64,000 bases of DNA from the human T2T-CHM13v2.0 reference genome, Homo sapiens (GCF_009914755.1 NC_060929.1), one strand, 5' to 3'. Positions 26,672 to 40,229 are shown, numbered from the stretch's first letter. Notes: generated from the sequence alone by a model not told the origin. Numbers and translations: made by a program.

Positions 26672-28174
26672 AGCTTCTTGCTAAAGAGGTGGCTGAGTAA
26701 TGTGCTGGTTTGGACCAAAGCTGAATTTTCCTGGACAATGAAAGAGAGTCTAAGCGTAGAAGCCATGAGATCTCTTCTTGCTCTACTCTTTCCCTATGCA
26801 ATGTTCTGCCTCTGTAAGCAACTGGCAATGTTCAGAAGGGATTATTTTCAAGGAATACCAACGTATTGGCCTGCCTATTCATCTATATGTCCCTGGTTTA
26901 TCAAGAAGGCTGCTCAAGTTTGAGATATGGCTCTTAACCCCATTTATAAATAAATAAATGAATAAAATGAATAAAAGTTGAATTGCTCTGTTTAAAGTAG
27001 GAATGTTATGTTTTTGAGGGTGGTGGGCAGAATCTGATCTATAGCTTACTGAGTCTCTAATGTACTCGTCTCAACATGTCTTTTATAGGAGGGAAAAATG
27101 TAGCCAGCACTTGTAGCTAGCTAGCCAAATCACCACACTCAACAATATAAGGGTCTCTTGCTAAGGAAGAAGAGGGAATGGGTATGCCTAGATAGAGGGA
27201 AACCTTTACCATCCTTGGTAAGCACCCCTTGATGTCAGCTCCAGTGCTTGGGAAAGCCACTGCCTGTTTAAGAAACCAGGTAACAGAAAATGTAAAGATA
27301 TATTTTTCTTTCCTTCCTTTCTTCCTTTCTGTGGTGGGCATCTATTAAAATAAGAAGTTAAGAGATTTTGTTATTTTAAATTGGGCCTGCTGTGGTGGTA
27401 CTATTTCAGGTATTTCTTTCTTTGTTATGCTTTTCCAAATTGTTTTTTAAATAATAACCATGTATACTTTTTAAAATCAAAATCAGTTTAATTTCATATT
27501 TAAAAATTATCTCATTAATATTTTCCCCAGTTTGCCCTGAAACCTCAGTTGGTCATCAGTGTGGTTATTCCGTGTGGAGAAGAAGAATCATTGTATGTTC
27601 AGTAAAATGGATAAATTCCTATTTAAAAGCATGTTCAGTAATTAAATTAGTATCAAGCAGAAAGCAGTAGTATTTAAGACTCTGGGGTTGACAGCCTGAA
27701 CTTGTCACAGGCTTTTTAAGTGGCATTGACCAGTCAGTTCTTTTCTATTTAACTTTCTACTGCTTCTTGAAGCCTTGTTCCATGGGCTCATTTCTTTTAA
27801 AAGCATTTCTTAATGTCACCTAGCCTTTCCAAAGTTGAATTAGATAATCAACTTCTGTATTCTTAAGGTTTCTTAGTACATTCCTCCATCATAACTCTCA
27901 CCTGGTTGAATTTTTAAAGGTTTTTTATGGAACTCCTAAGCTAAATGGTGAGTACTCTGTAGGAAAGTACTGTCTCTATTTATTTCAGCTTCCTTGAATT
28001 TGCTATTGTCCTACACACTTGATAAGTGTTTTTCAAATAAATGAATAACTAGCTTTCATTATTTCACTCTAAAGAATAAAGGCAGCTGGACCAAATAGAA
28101 TCACTTGCATCTCTAAAATTGAAATTTTCTTCTCCAATTGCTCAATGACCTATAATAGAAGTGTTTATAAACTG

Positions 28175-28635
28175 CAGCTTATCATTTTTTTTTTTTGACT
28201 AACAGTGACACGTGCCCGAAGTAACAGCATCTTAAATAATACATGAGTTTATTTTTCCCTCCTACAAAAGACATGTTGTGATAAGTACGTAGTCATTAGA
28301 GACTCAATATCTCTTATTCCTCTGTTCTACTATCCTTACTGAATGACTCCTCTCTTCTAGGTTGCCTCATGGTTCCTAATGGCTGCTGAAGCTCCAATCA
28401 TTAAGTGAATGTTCCAGAAAAAAAAAAGAAAGAACAAAAGAGCATAACTTCTTTGTGAGTGAGTCTCTTTTCAAATTTCTACCAATGACTTTCCTGTATA
28501 AAATATCTGTAAGAAAGGCTTGGAAATACAGACTTGAAGCTAGCTAGGCAAATTGCCACACTCAACAATATAAGGGTCTCTTGCTAAGGAAGAAGAGGGA
28601 ATGAGTATGCATAGATAAAGGGAAACCTTTACCAC
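28175..28635 (-). mobile_element. Old MaLR LTR (MLT1J-like)
   Basis: GGTTGCCTCATGGTTCCTAATGGCTGCTGAAGCTCCA and TAAGGAAGAAGAGGGAATG motifs. Confidence 0.55.
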
Positions 28636-29689
28636 CCTTGGTAAAAAAAAAAAAAAAAAAAACCTTTACCCCCTGATGCCAGCTTGTCACAGATCAGAAT
28701 TGGCTTTTAAAAGTATATCCTTTTTGAAACTTGGTTCTTCATGTTATCACCTGTGTGACTTTGCCAACTAACCACTTGGAGCATCAGGTTATATATCTAT
28801 ACAAATGATGGCTGATTTGGTAGATTCTGATCTTATATGGAGCTAAGCATATAATCAGTGTGTCACAAGAAAATCTTGAACTATTAAAATTACCCTTAAA
28901 AATCTTTTAACTTAATCATGGAGAATGGGCATTTTCTCACCAGCCTTTTCCTATGCTGAACAAAAATGTATGTGTTTTTTTACCCATGAAAGTTCCAGTG
29001 AGGTAAGATGCTCTCATTATGAAAGCACCAGGGGGTCCAAGACCAACTCTAGGAGCACCCCATGGACTTCTTCCAACTCACACTGACTCCTGGACATGCA
29101 GAGGGTGAGCTGAAGAGTGACATTTAAAAGGCAACTATTTAAATTCCCCAGTTGTTCTCTCTGCCCCTCAGTCTTTCAAGTTTGCCAAATAAACAGAGTT
29201 CAATTTAGTCAGTTAAATCCCTGTATGTGACCCTACTGAACTTATCAATCTGGATGTCAAGTTTACGCCTGATAAAATACTCCAATGTATGTAGAATGCT
29301 GCCCAGTGGGGGGTAGGTGTGTGCATGTTATTGAGCAAATTTCTAGACACATTAGATCTTGCTCTGTTTCTGTGAGTCTGAATTATCCTTTGGCTGTCAC
29401 AGTGTCTCCAGTAAGTTGTTTTCTGGTATTTTTCCTTCTAATAGGGGTCCCTTGCATCCTTAACAATGAAATTGTGGACTCGTCATCAGGCAGTGGAAGC
29501 AAGATTATTTTTAGAGGACGAGCACACTCATTGCCCTACACAAAATCAATCTGCTTGCTTTTACAGAAAGCTTGGACTTTAAGAGAGCTTGAGATTCTGG
29601 GTAGTTTTTCATTTCAGTCGCTTTTATATTTTTAAAAGAATATTGAACTGTTTCCATGGTGACATTTCATAATCACAGAGTCTGGAGCA

Positions 29690-29690
<1 letters not shown>

Positions 29691-29728
<38 letters not shown>
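29691..29728. repeat. Pure A38 mononucleotide run
   Basis: Direct reading; no attached SINE/LINE body recognisable. Confidence 0.98.
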
Positions 29729-29729
<1 letters not shown>

Positions 29730-30343
29730 CCTACTAGCAAAGCTGGAGGAGCAATGGATTTCTCCATAAATCACCAGGAATTTTGATGGTGCTGTCAAGC
29801 TTCCAGGCACCGCCCACTCTGACGCCAAAGGACCATAACCTAACAGACCAGGAGACAAAAACCCCAGGGAACTTTTATGTCTTAGAAAACATGGGCAGTA
29901 ATAGCAAATTATTCATATTTTTGAATAATCTTAAAATTCTACTCCTTTCTTCCATTTAGTTTTCTTAAAGCTGGGAGAGATATTATTTGTGAGCTTTGCC
30001 ATTTTAATTTCTGACCCTAGAACAGACAGAAAAAATAAGTGAGAAAACAAAGAAACCCTGAATTTAAACATAATATGTTCCAGTTCCCAAACATACACAC
30101 AAATATGATTCGTCAGTTCAGGTTAGGATGTGTGAGGTGGTCAAGGCAATAACTTCAATCCCAGATTCTGGTCCTAGTTGTAACAAAAGCTGGCAGTAAT
30201 CTGGGTAAAAGAAGAGCTTATCCCTCTATCTATATACCTGTGTGTGAAAACAAGTAGCTTGGAATAACCTCTGTTATAAAAATTGCATTTTGTTTTGAAA
30301 AATTGTTCCAGGAAAGGATATTATGTTCCATTTCATAGCTAAA

Positions 30344-30757
30344 TGTCTTAGTCTGTTTTCTGTTGCTCATAACAGAATACCTGAACTGGGAAATTTATTA
30401 AGAAAAAGAATTTATTTCTTACACTTATAGAGGCTGAGAAGTCCATGGCTGGTGAGGGTCTTCCTGCTAGTGGGGACTCTGCAGAGTCCTGAGGAGGGTA
30501 AGATATCACCTGGCGAGGAGCTGACTGTGCTGGTTCAGGCTCTCTTCCTCATCTTATAAAACCACCAGTCCCACTCCCATGATAGCCATTGATCCATTAA
30601 CCCACTAATCCATTAATCCCTGAATCGATCACTCCATTCATGAGGGCAGAGTCTTCATGACCCAATCACCTCTTAAAGACCCCACCTCTCAATACTGCCA
30701 CATTGGGGATTAAATTTCAACATGAGTTTTGGAGTGGACAAATATTCAAATATAGCA
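30344..30757 (-). mobile_element. MST-type MaLR solo LTR (MSTC/D-like)
   Basis: TG...CA termini; 5-bp TSD CTAAA at 30339-30343 and 30758-30762. Confidence 0.9.
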
Positions 30758-30761
30758 CTAA

Positions 30762-31093
<332 letters not shown>

Positions 31094-31231
31094 AAAACCT
31101 GTTTATTCTTACTCCCATCATGGGATCACTTTCCCATTTTTGTATTATAGGCTCTGAGAAGATCCATGATGGTGTAAACTAAAACAAAATATTTCTTGAA
31201 TTTATTTGAGGAAAAAGTATATGATACAGTG

Positions 31232-31350
31232 ATATATAATAATATATTATGTATTATATAATATATATTTATGTTATTATATATAATATATACATATATA
31301 GCACTAAATAATCATATAAATATATATAATGTATATAAATAAAAATATAC
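31232..31350. repeat. AT-rich degenerate (TA)n tract
   Basis: Direct reading. Confidence 0.9.
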
Positions 31351-31681
31351 ACACATATGTTTTTTCCCTCCTCTGGTTCACATCTTAACCTAATGTAGAA
31401 CTATTTCTTATAGGACATAGTTTGACAAACCCTAGATTGAAATGATAATTAAAGACCTTGGTGGTTTTTAAATATTGGCATTTTATGACTTGGTAACACT
31501 TCATTAAGCAGCACATCAAGCCAGTTACCATACTGTGATAACTGATGTGCATAATGATGACCTGCACATTTTAAAGATCCTGAAGGGCAGTCTGAGCCAA
31601 TGAAGAAAGATTGAATTTATGTTCCTATGGCTAAGGACTGAGGGCCCCTTTTTATATCTGGACCTTTTGCATATTAGTACC

Positions 31682-31684
<3 letters not shown>

Positions 31685-31745
<61 letters not shown>

Positions 31746-31748
31746 GAG
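31685..31748. repeat. (GA)n/(GACAGA)n microsatellite
   Basis: Direct reading. Confidence 0.98.
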
Positions 31749-34700
31749 TGAGTTTATGTATACCTTTAGTGTATACTACTAAAAGGTGAACGTTTTAAAC
31801 TGTATATATGTGCAGTTGCACAGTTACACACATCCATAGTTCAGATCTAAATAGAGCTCTGCTGAAGGGGAAAAAGCAGTTGGCACCCAAAATCTTTCTG
31901 GTAAGTTTTCATAGAGGGTTCTGATAAGAGGCATTTTGTTACATGAAAAGTGCATGAGCTTGGCAATCAGACAGATATGTAGCTAGCAGGCTGAGGTCTG
32001 TGAGTTATATATCTGAACCTCAGTTTCCCATCTGTTGAATGGGGAAAAAGTAGCTACCTCTAGATGTTAAATAGCAAATGTAAAGATTCTAGCACAGAGG
32101 AAGAATTCAATAGAAACTTTAGGTAAATTTACACCTCTTTTCAATGTGTCTTCTTGAGGACAGAATCTGTAACTTCTAAACTTGGGCTCTGCACATCTAG
32201 CATACATCATCTAGCATCTCAGCCTGCCATTGACTTTCCCGATAGGATTTCTACTGAGAAAATTCAGTAGGTTCAGTGGGTTCTACTGCCAGATGTAAAC
32301 TGCTTTATAAATTGATTAGTTAACCATAAAACTTAAATTTTGAAATAAACTAGGCATTTATTCTCACCATACCCCTCCTGCCAAAGCCCATTAGCGGAAG
32401 AACTAGGGTGTCCTTCTTCCCTACCTCATCCTAGTTTCTTTCTGCAAACTTCAAATTGTCACTTCCTCAGAAGGCTTTCCTTGACCACCTTGAATAGTTC
32501 ATTTTCTGTTGACAGCACTGGGTACTTCTCTTTTGGAGCACATTCTGCAGCAATCTTTCTCTTTCTCTATCTCTTTGCACTTCTTTGATTTTCATCTGTT
32601 CTCCCAAACCAGTTTGTAAACTATGAGAGGGCAGAGACTATGTATGACTGCCTTTCTCTGCCAGTGTTATTTTCAGTACTGAACAGTGTTTGGCACATAG
32701 TAGGTACTGAACAAATACTTGAATGAATAAATGCTCTTTTTCCATTTCTTACTAAGAGCTTATTCCTTGTGAGTTTTTCATCAAGGCTGAACATCGTAAG
32801 TAAGCTTGCAGCCAGAGTTCTCTCTGTGCCCCACCTCTGCGTGAAAACGTAACCCAGTGACAACTAAAAGGTCACATCCTAGAGGCTTTTGGCCAGCTTG
32901 CTTACAATTGGCTTTCAACAAAACAAAAAGCGATGGAAGGCAGGTGAGATTGAATCAGAAATCATCTCCATGTTATGATCCTTTTCTTGCTGCTGGCAAC
33001 ATGTAGCTGTTTGCTTGGTGTAGCTCAGTTTCTGGGTTCTCTAGCGCCACCAAACTTTGCAGACTTCACTTCCGGTGGGTTCACATTTGCATGAGCTCTG
33101 GCCATCCTACATTGCTCTACCCTGTAACATTTGTGACTTAACTGCCTGGCTTCTGACCCCATCACTCCTCCACACCCTACAACCCACGTCTCCCTTGTGC
33201 TATATTCCCCAGTCTTGGCTCTGTTCCCAGTGCCCTCAGCCTGCTGCCACCCACGGCACAGCATGACGAAATGATTCCTTCGACAATATTTGCCTTTGGA
33301 AACATAGCCCACGGGCAAGAGATGCCTGGATTTAAATATCCAAACTGTATTTCTCTGCAGCAGGAATTGAGGAATTGTGTTCTCTAGGGTCTTTCCAAAC
33401 CCAAGTGCCTGTGTGTTCAACAGGCTCTGTGGTTTCATGAGAGACTGTGGATGGGATTGATTTTTTTCTTTAGCTCTTCCCCAGTTGACCTTGGCTGACT
33501 GCCCTGTGTCCTGGTATCCTTCTCTAAACCCGAACATGGAGATCCCAGGAAAAGAAAATGCTAAATCAAGGCCAGTGGTGATATTTACTTAGAACAGATG
33601 GTGACACAATCCTAAGCTTTCTCGCCCTGAGCATTACTCCAGGAGAATTTTCTGGGTCTGATACAGCTGAGAAAGGATGAATTCAGGCACATTTTTTCCC
33701 TGAGCCTGTCTACAAAAAGTGTGTTAAAAACTCATTATTCATTTTTAAAAATAGAGACCTCTACAATGAATTCCACTTCTATGTTCGTAGTATGTGAAAC
33801 AGCATCGTATTGGAAAGGAACCAGACTAGGTGTCTGGAGATTTGCATTCTACTTCCAGCTTGAAAAAGTTACTTAATTTTCCAGGTCTCATTTTCCTTAT
33901 AGGTTAAGCTGCCTTAAGCTTCCTTATATTACCATGTGCCTAATACCATGCCTGGCTAAAGATAATATGGATAACAGCAAGGACTAACATTTATCTACGT
34001 TTTTTGTGTGCCTGTTACTCTTCTAAGCATTTTGAGGTATTCAACTATTTATTGCATGAATAAATAACTAAAAACAGAAAAATGAATCCAAGTCCTTTTG
34101 AGAAGCTTTATTTTATATATATATTTTTTATACATATTCTAATTTAATTATCCTCTCTTAGACCTCTATCTAATACTGTCCCTGCCACTTACTAATACAA
34201 TTTTCTGCTTGAGTTTTTGGTATCACTAGATGGCAGGGTACATGTTCTCACTCATTTTTGTTCTCCCAGCAGCTGGTATAAATCCTAGCAGATAAAAGGT
34301 GTTCAATAAATGTAAGATTCATAAATGGTCCAAGACCAATAAAATGTAAGCTCCATGAGGGCAATGGAGCAATGGCTTTGTCTCTTGTATTCTATACTTC
34401 TCTGTGCTAAAAATTGTGCCTGGCAAAAGTAGACGCTCAACAGCTAGGTGAATGAAGGAATGAACGAACAAGCTAATGAACAAACAGTAAAGAATCCACT
34501 GACAAAGCCATGTTTGCTCTGTTTAGGGTACAAAACTACTTGAGCATCTATGGAACAACAGCAAGACTTGAGGCAGAGTAGGCTGCAGATTTTAATAACA
34601 CCTGGTAGACACCAGTAGCAGGCAAGGAGCTCGCACAGTGTACAGTGTGACAGTTTGCATTTAGTTGGATGTCTTATTCATCCTCCCTAAGTACAGAGAT

Positions 34701-36834
34701 GATAAAGAAGAATGGGATCTCAGGCTGCTGCAAGGAATAAAAATTGATACTCCTTCCCTTTGAATAAGCAAGTCTCATTGAAAGCTTTGATTCTTTTGCC
34801 TATTAGAGAGTCCATGATCCGTCACTTCAGGCGAGGCCCACGTGTATGTTTATCTGGTAAGTTTGCAAAGGAATCTGGGAAACGCTGCTACCACCACCGC
34901 AGATGGTATCTCTGCCAGCCGTTTTGAATTGTGGCAATTGCTACCGCTCCAAGCTCCTCCTGTCCCGGCCCCCTCTTTTTAATCTGCATCCTTTTATCTT
35001 TCTCATTTCACATTTGTTTTCTGATCTGCTTGGTTTTGATACTAGGAATTAAAAACAAGCATCAAATTGCATTTTAGATCTGCAGAGCCCAATCATCTCA
35101 ACCTGTCATTGACTTTCCCGATAGGATTCCTACTGAGAAAATTCAGGTGAGAGGACCTTGTGGTTTCAAACAACTGATGAAATCAAGGATATCGTGGGTT
35201 GCTGATTACAGTCTGGGCCGCTTGAGCCTTTGGTTATGTAACAAAAAAAAAGTAGCAAAAACAGAAATTCCTAAAGCTGTTACATATTTAGAGTCTAGTT
35301 TGTTACATGTTAGGCTATTTTATCAACTTGTGAAAATTTGTTTTTTATTGGGATATCATCCTAAAATGAGAAAGTATAACAAGATGTGTAGTGTAATAGA
35401 ACCTCAGATGGGGAGTTCAGAGACAAGTTTTGCTGTCAGCTATGACCTTCCTAGCAACTGAAAAACTTCCTCAGTTGGCTCTTTAACTAGATGTTAATGT
35501 ATCATATTTTATATATTGAGATTTAGCCATGCACGGCCCAATTAACTATAGCTGGAGAGGGAAAGAGAGGCAAGTTAGAACTGAGAAATTCCTGACCAAA
35601 GTCTCTACCTTCTTTGGTTCTCAAGATAAATGCTTATTCTATAAAAGATGGAATAATAAAAATCATAATACTGGCAGCCATTGCAACATTTGTGAATGTT
35701 CTTTGTGCCAGTCACTGTGCTTAGTGCTTTAAAATCACATCATTTAATCCTTATAACACCAGCATGAGGTGACAACTTTTCTTATCCCCAAAATACTAAT
35801 AAAGAGATGTGGTTTGAAAGAGGTTCAAAAACTAACACCCCAAACTGGGTCAGATCCCCTTGTTATACCCTGTACTTTTCCTTTGTATTGATTGTCGAAG
35901 CTCATAGCTAGATATTTGTGTGACTTTGTTCACATTAGATTTAGGGCATGGGCTGTAACCATTTGCTCACTGTTTTTGCATAGAATAATGCCTGGCACAT
36001 AGTTAGGGCTCCATAAAAAAAAAAAAAATCACTGACTGAGTAAGCTAGATTTGCTGACTGGCATAGCAGCTGGAAAGATAGGTCTGTTTGCAGGAGTTGG
36101 GTACCTGAGGTCATTGGGACAGACATCAGATCCTAGGCCAGCCCATAAGTCAACCCTGAAGGCTTAGATATGAGGAGTTGGGGGAGAGGGATCAATAGTA
36201 ATGAGAGCTCCAGCAACAGATAAGCTTCTGAATTCAGACATATAATCCAAGAAATCACAGGCAAGTGACTCGATCCTAGGTCCAAGGCTATAATCTAAAT
36301 AGTCAGATTTCAGTTACTAGAAGGCAGAATGATATAGCAGAAAAGGCATGAGTTCAGAGCCAGAAAAGATCTAGATACAAACCTTCATTTGGTAACTCAC
36401 AGCTGTATGGTGTTGTGATTGTCAATTGGAACCCTTTTTAAATATCTTTAAATTACCTGAAAGATGGGAATAAATCTCATCTTGTAAAGCTGTGGAAACA
36501 CTTGATAACTACCAAATATTGGGCCCTTAGTATAGGCCAGGTGTGTGTGTTAACACTTTATACACATTAGCTCTCTTGCACTTCACAATTATTCTATGCT
36601 ACAGGAACTATTGTCACCCTTTTACAGAGGAGGAAACTGGAAGTCAAATAGCCCCAGCTGTGGAGAGAGGCAGGTTAGAAGGGAAGAACCTGGGTGGGTG
36701 CAGATTGCAGAGATCCACATTGGAAAAGAGATGGCTTACCTTTCCTGCTTTCACCCATAGATGTCATCATGATCCCCTCAGTAAGGACAGACTTTATAGT
36801 CATTTTTAGCCATATGCTGCAGGCTATCAGTACC

Positions 36835-37287
36835 TTTCATGCGCGTCTGTGTGAAGAGACCACCAAACAGGCTATGTGTGAGCAACATGGCTGTTTATTT
36901 CACCTGGGTGCAGGCGGGCTGAGTCCAAAAAGAAAGTCAGCGAAGGGAGATAAGGGTGGGGCCGTTTTACAGGATTTGGGTAGGTAAAGGAAAATTACAG
37001 TCAAAGGGGGTTTGTTCTCTGGTGGGCAGGAGTGGGGGTCGCAAGGTGCTCAGTGGGGGTGCTTTTTGAGCCAGGATGAGCCAGGAAAAGGACTTTCACA
37101 AGGTAATGTCATCAGTTAAGGCAAGGACCGGCCATTTAGACTTCTTTTGTGGTGGAATGCCATCAGTTAAGGTGGGGCAGGGCATATTCACTTCTTTTGT
37201 GATTCTTCAGTTACTTCAGGCCATCTGGGCATATACGTGCAAGTCACAGGGGATGCGATGGCTTGGCTTGGGCTCAGAGGCCTGACA
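36835..37287 (-). promoter_or_regulatory. HERV-H 3' LTR (LTR7)
   Basis: Sense TGTCAGGCCTCTGAGCCC...GCGCATGAAA; AATAAA present; preceded by PPT. Confidence 0.97.
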
Positions 37288-37909
37288 TTCCTGCCTTCTT
37301 ATATTAATAAGAAAAATAAAATAGTGTTGAACTGTTGGGGCGGCGAAAATTTTTGGTGGGTGGTATGGAGAGAGAATGGGCGATGTTTCTCAGGGCTGCT
37401 TCAAGCGGGATTAGGGGCGACGTGGGAACCTAGAGTGGGAGAGATTAAGCTGAAGGGAGGTCTTGTGGTAAGGGGTGATATTGTGGGGATGTTAGAAGAA
37501 ACATTTGTCGTATAGAATGATTGATGATGGCCTGGATACGGTTTTGTATGAATTGAAAAACTAAATGGAATAACAGAAGGAGAAAAACAGGTATAAAAGG
37601 TCTAAGAATTGGGACGACTCAGGATATCTGATTAGAGAGTGCTTAAGGAGATTTGGCATAGTCCTGCCAGCAAAGATTATTTATTTACTTCAAGAGTTAA
37701 GAGTGGCAGGTTGGGGATAGCACCAGGAGATATCAGCTGTGATGGCTTGGAGAAACAGTGTAAACTGGCAGTGTAAACAAGAGCAGGGCATGTATGAGTA
37801 GTTGAGAACGGCGAATAGGAGTATGACTAGACAGAAAATAGTAGGGATGACAAGTTTTTTTGGGGGGGAGGGGCACAGTCTAAGTTGGTCTGGTGTCTGG
37901 AATGAGACT

Positions 37910-38390
37910 GGGGCCTAATAAAAAGGAGCGTCTATATAGGAGCTTAAATGCGCTGTATCCTGTAGCATTCCGAGGACAGGCCTGAATTCTGAGAAGGGAA
38001 AGTGGTAAAAGTATTGCCCAGTCCTTTTTAAGTTGGTGGCTGAGCTTGGTGAGGTGTGTTTTTAAAAGACTTTTAGTCCATTCTACTTTTCTTGAAGACG
38101 GAGGACCATAAGGGATATAAAGGTTTCACTGAACACTAAGAGCCTGAAAAACTGCTTGGCTGATTTGACTAATAAAGGCTCGTCTGTTATCAGACTGTAT
38201 AGAGGTTGGAAGGCTAAACTGAGGAATTATGTCTGACAGAAGGGAAGAAATGACTGTGGTGGCCTTCTCAGACCCTGTAGGAAAGGCCTTTACTTATTCA
38301 GTGAAAGTGTCTATTTAGACTAAGAGGTATTTTAGTTTCCTGACTCAGGCATGTTGGGTAAAGCTAATTTGCCAGTCCTGGGTGGGGGCA
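37910..38390 (-). pseudogene. pol: HERV-H pol integrase remnant
   Basis: Hand translation: SIQSDNRRAFI ... IPYGPPSSRKVEWTKSLLKTHLTKL (degenerate SDNGPAF and PYxPQSSGxVER motifs); interrupted by a stop. Confidence 0.85.
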
Positions 38391-38612
38391 AATCCTTGAG
38401 CTTGATGTGTAGGGAAGGGAGGGGGCCTGAATAATCCCTGAGGAGTAGTAGAATAGCAGATGGAACACTGAAAAGTTATTTCCTTGAGGATAGATTTCCA
38501 TGATGGAAAGGAAATGAGAGGTTCTAAGAGGCAGGCTAGTGGCTTGAACTATAGTATAACCTGCCTTTGCTGGTGTGTGGCAATTAGGCCTGGTGGAACC
38601 GCCATCAATAAG

Positions 38613-38942
38613 TCAAGTGTGATCAGGGTGAGGAACAGGAAAGAAGGAAATTTGGGGGAATGTGGTGAATGTCAGGTGGATCAGAGAGATACAGTCATGG
38701 GGGTCAGGTGTGGTATCAGGAATAATATGGTAGGCTGGATTGAAGTCCGGGCCAGGAACAATGGTAATTGTGGGAGACTCAACAAAGAGTGAGTATAGCT
38801 GAAGGAGGCAGGAAGCAGAAAGTATATGCATCAGGTATGAGGAAGAAAATAGATTTTGGAAGTTATGAGAACTGTAGAGAGTGAGTTGAGCATAGTTTGT
38901 GATTTTGAGGGCCTCTAAAAGTATTAAAGCAGCAGCAGCCAC
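38613..38942 (-). pseudogene. pol: HERV-H pol connection/tether remnant
   Basis: ORF AAAALILLEALKIT...PGPDFNPA...PHDCI, typical of gammaretroviral RT connection. Confidence 0.8.
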
Positions 38943-39278
38943 TGCACGCAGACATGAGGGCTAGGCTAAAACAGTAAGGTCAAGTTGTTTGCACAGAAAG
39001 GCTACAGGGTGCGGTCCTGGCTCTTGTGTAAGAATTCTGACCGCACTAACTATGCCTAGGAAGGAAAGGAGTTGTTGTTTTGTAAGGGATTGAGGTTTGG
39101 GAGATTAATTGGACACGATCAGCAGGGAAAGCACGTATGTTTTTATGAGAATTATGCCGAGATAGGTAACAGATGAGGATGAAATTTGGGCTTGACTGAA
39201 GTAATGGGGGCTGTCTATGAAGCCTTGCAGCAGTACAGCCTAGGTAATTTGCTGAGCCTAATGGCTGTCAGGGTCAGT

Positions 39279-39671
39279 CTAAGTGAAAGCAAAGAGAGGC
39301 TGGGATGAGGGGTGCAGGGGAATAGTGAAAAAAGCATCTTTAAGATCAAGCACAGAATAGTGAGTTGTGGAGGAAGGTATTGAGGACAAAAGAGTGCATG
39401 GGTTGGGCACCACAGGGTGGATAGGCAAAACAATTTGGTTGCTAAGGCGCAGATCCTGAACTAACTTGTAAGGCTTGTCTGGTTTTAGGACAGGTAAAAT
39501 GGGAGAATTGTAAGGAGAGTTTATAGGCTTTAAAAGGCCATGCTGTAGCAGGCGAGTGATAACAGAATTTAATCTTTTTAAAGCGTGCTGCGGGATGGGA
39601 TATTGGCGTTGAGTGGGGTAAGGGTGATTAGGTTTTAATGAGATGGTAAGAAGTGCATGATCGGTCGCCAA
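39279..39671 (-). pseudogene. pol: HERV-H reverse transcriptase N-terminal remnant
   Basis: SPYNSPILPVLKPDKPYKLVQDLR...VLDLKDAFFTIPLHPSSQPLFAFT, then stop. Confidence 0.95.
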
Positions 39672-39824
39672 GGAGGGAGTAGAGGTATCTTATACTTGTG
39701 GGTTAAGGTGGGGGGATAAAAGAGGAGGACGCAAAGGAGGCTTTGGATTGGGAAGAAGGGCGGCAATGAGATATAGCTGTAGTCCAGGAATAGTCAGGGA
39801 AGGAGATAATTTAGTTAAAGTGTC

Positions 39825-40049
39825 TCAGCCTAATAAGGGAACTGGGCAGGTGGGGATAACTAAAGAGGAGTGCTTAAAAGAGTATTGTCGAAGTTGGCAC
39901 CAGAGTTGGGGAGCTTTAAGAGGTTTAGAAGCCTGGCTGTCAATACCCACAACAGTTATGCAGGCAAGGGAAATAGGCCCTTGAAAAGAAGGTAATGTGG
40001 AGTGGGTGGCCTCCGTATTGATTAAGAAGGGGACGGGCTTACCTTCCAC
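39825..40049 (-). pseudogene. pro: HERV-H protease remnant
   Basis: FLINTEATHSTL (catalytic DTG replaced by NTE), VVGIDSQ flap, CPVPLLG. Confidence 0.9.
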
Positions 40050-40229
40050 TGTGAGAGTTACCTGAAGCTCGGCGTCCGTGATGGTCTAGGGGGCTTCCAA
40101 GGCGATCGGGCAGTGTCAGTCTTCAGCCGCTAAGCTGAGAAGATCTGGGAAGGAGTCAGTCAGAGATCCTTGGGCCAGAGTTCCAGGGGCTCTGGGAGTA
40201 GCTGCCAGGTGAGTTGAACAGTCCGATTT

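Noticed and set aside
33025-33537. 170-aa minus-strand ORF near an ETS motif (ACTTCCGG)
   Set aside because: No recognisable homology or gene structure; length is compatible with chance.
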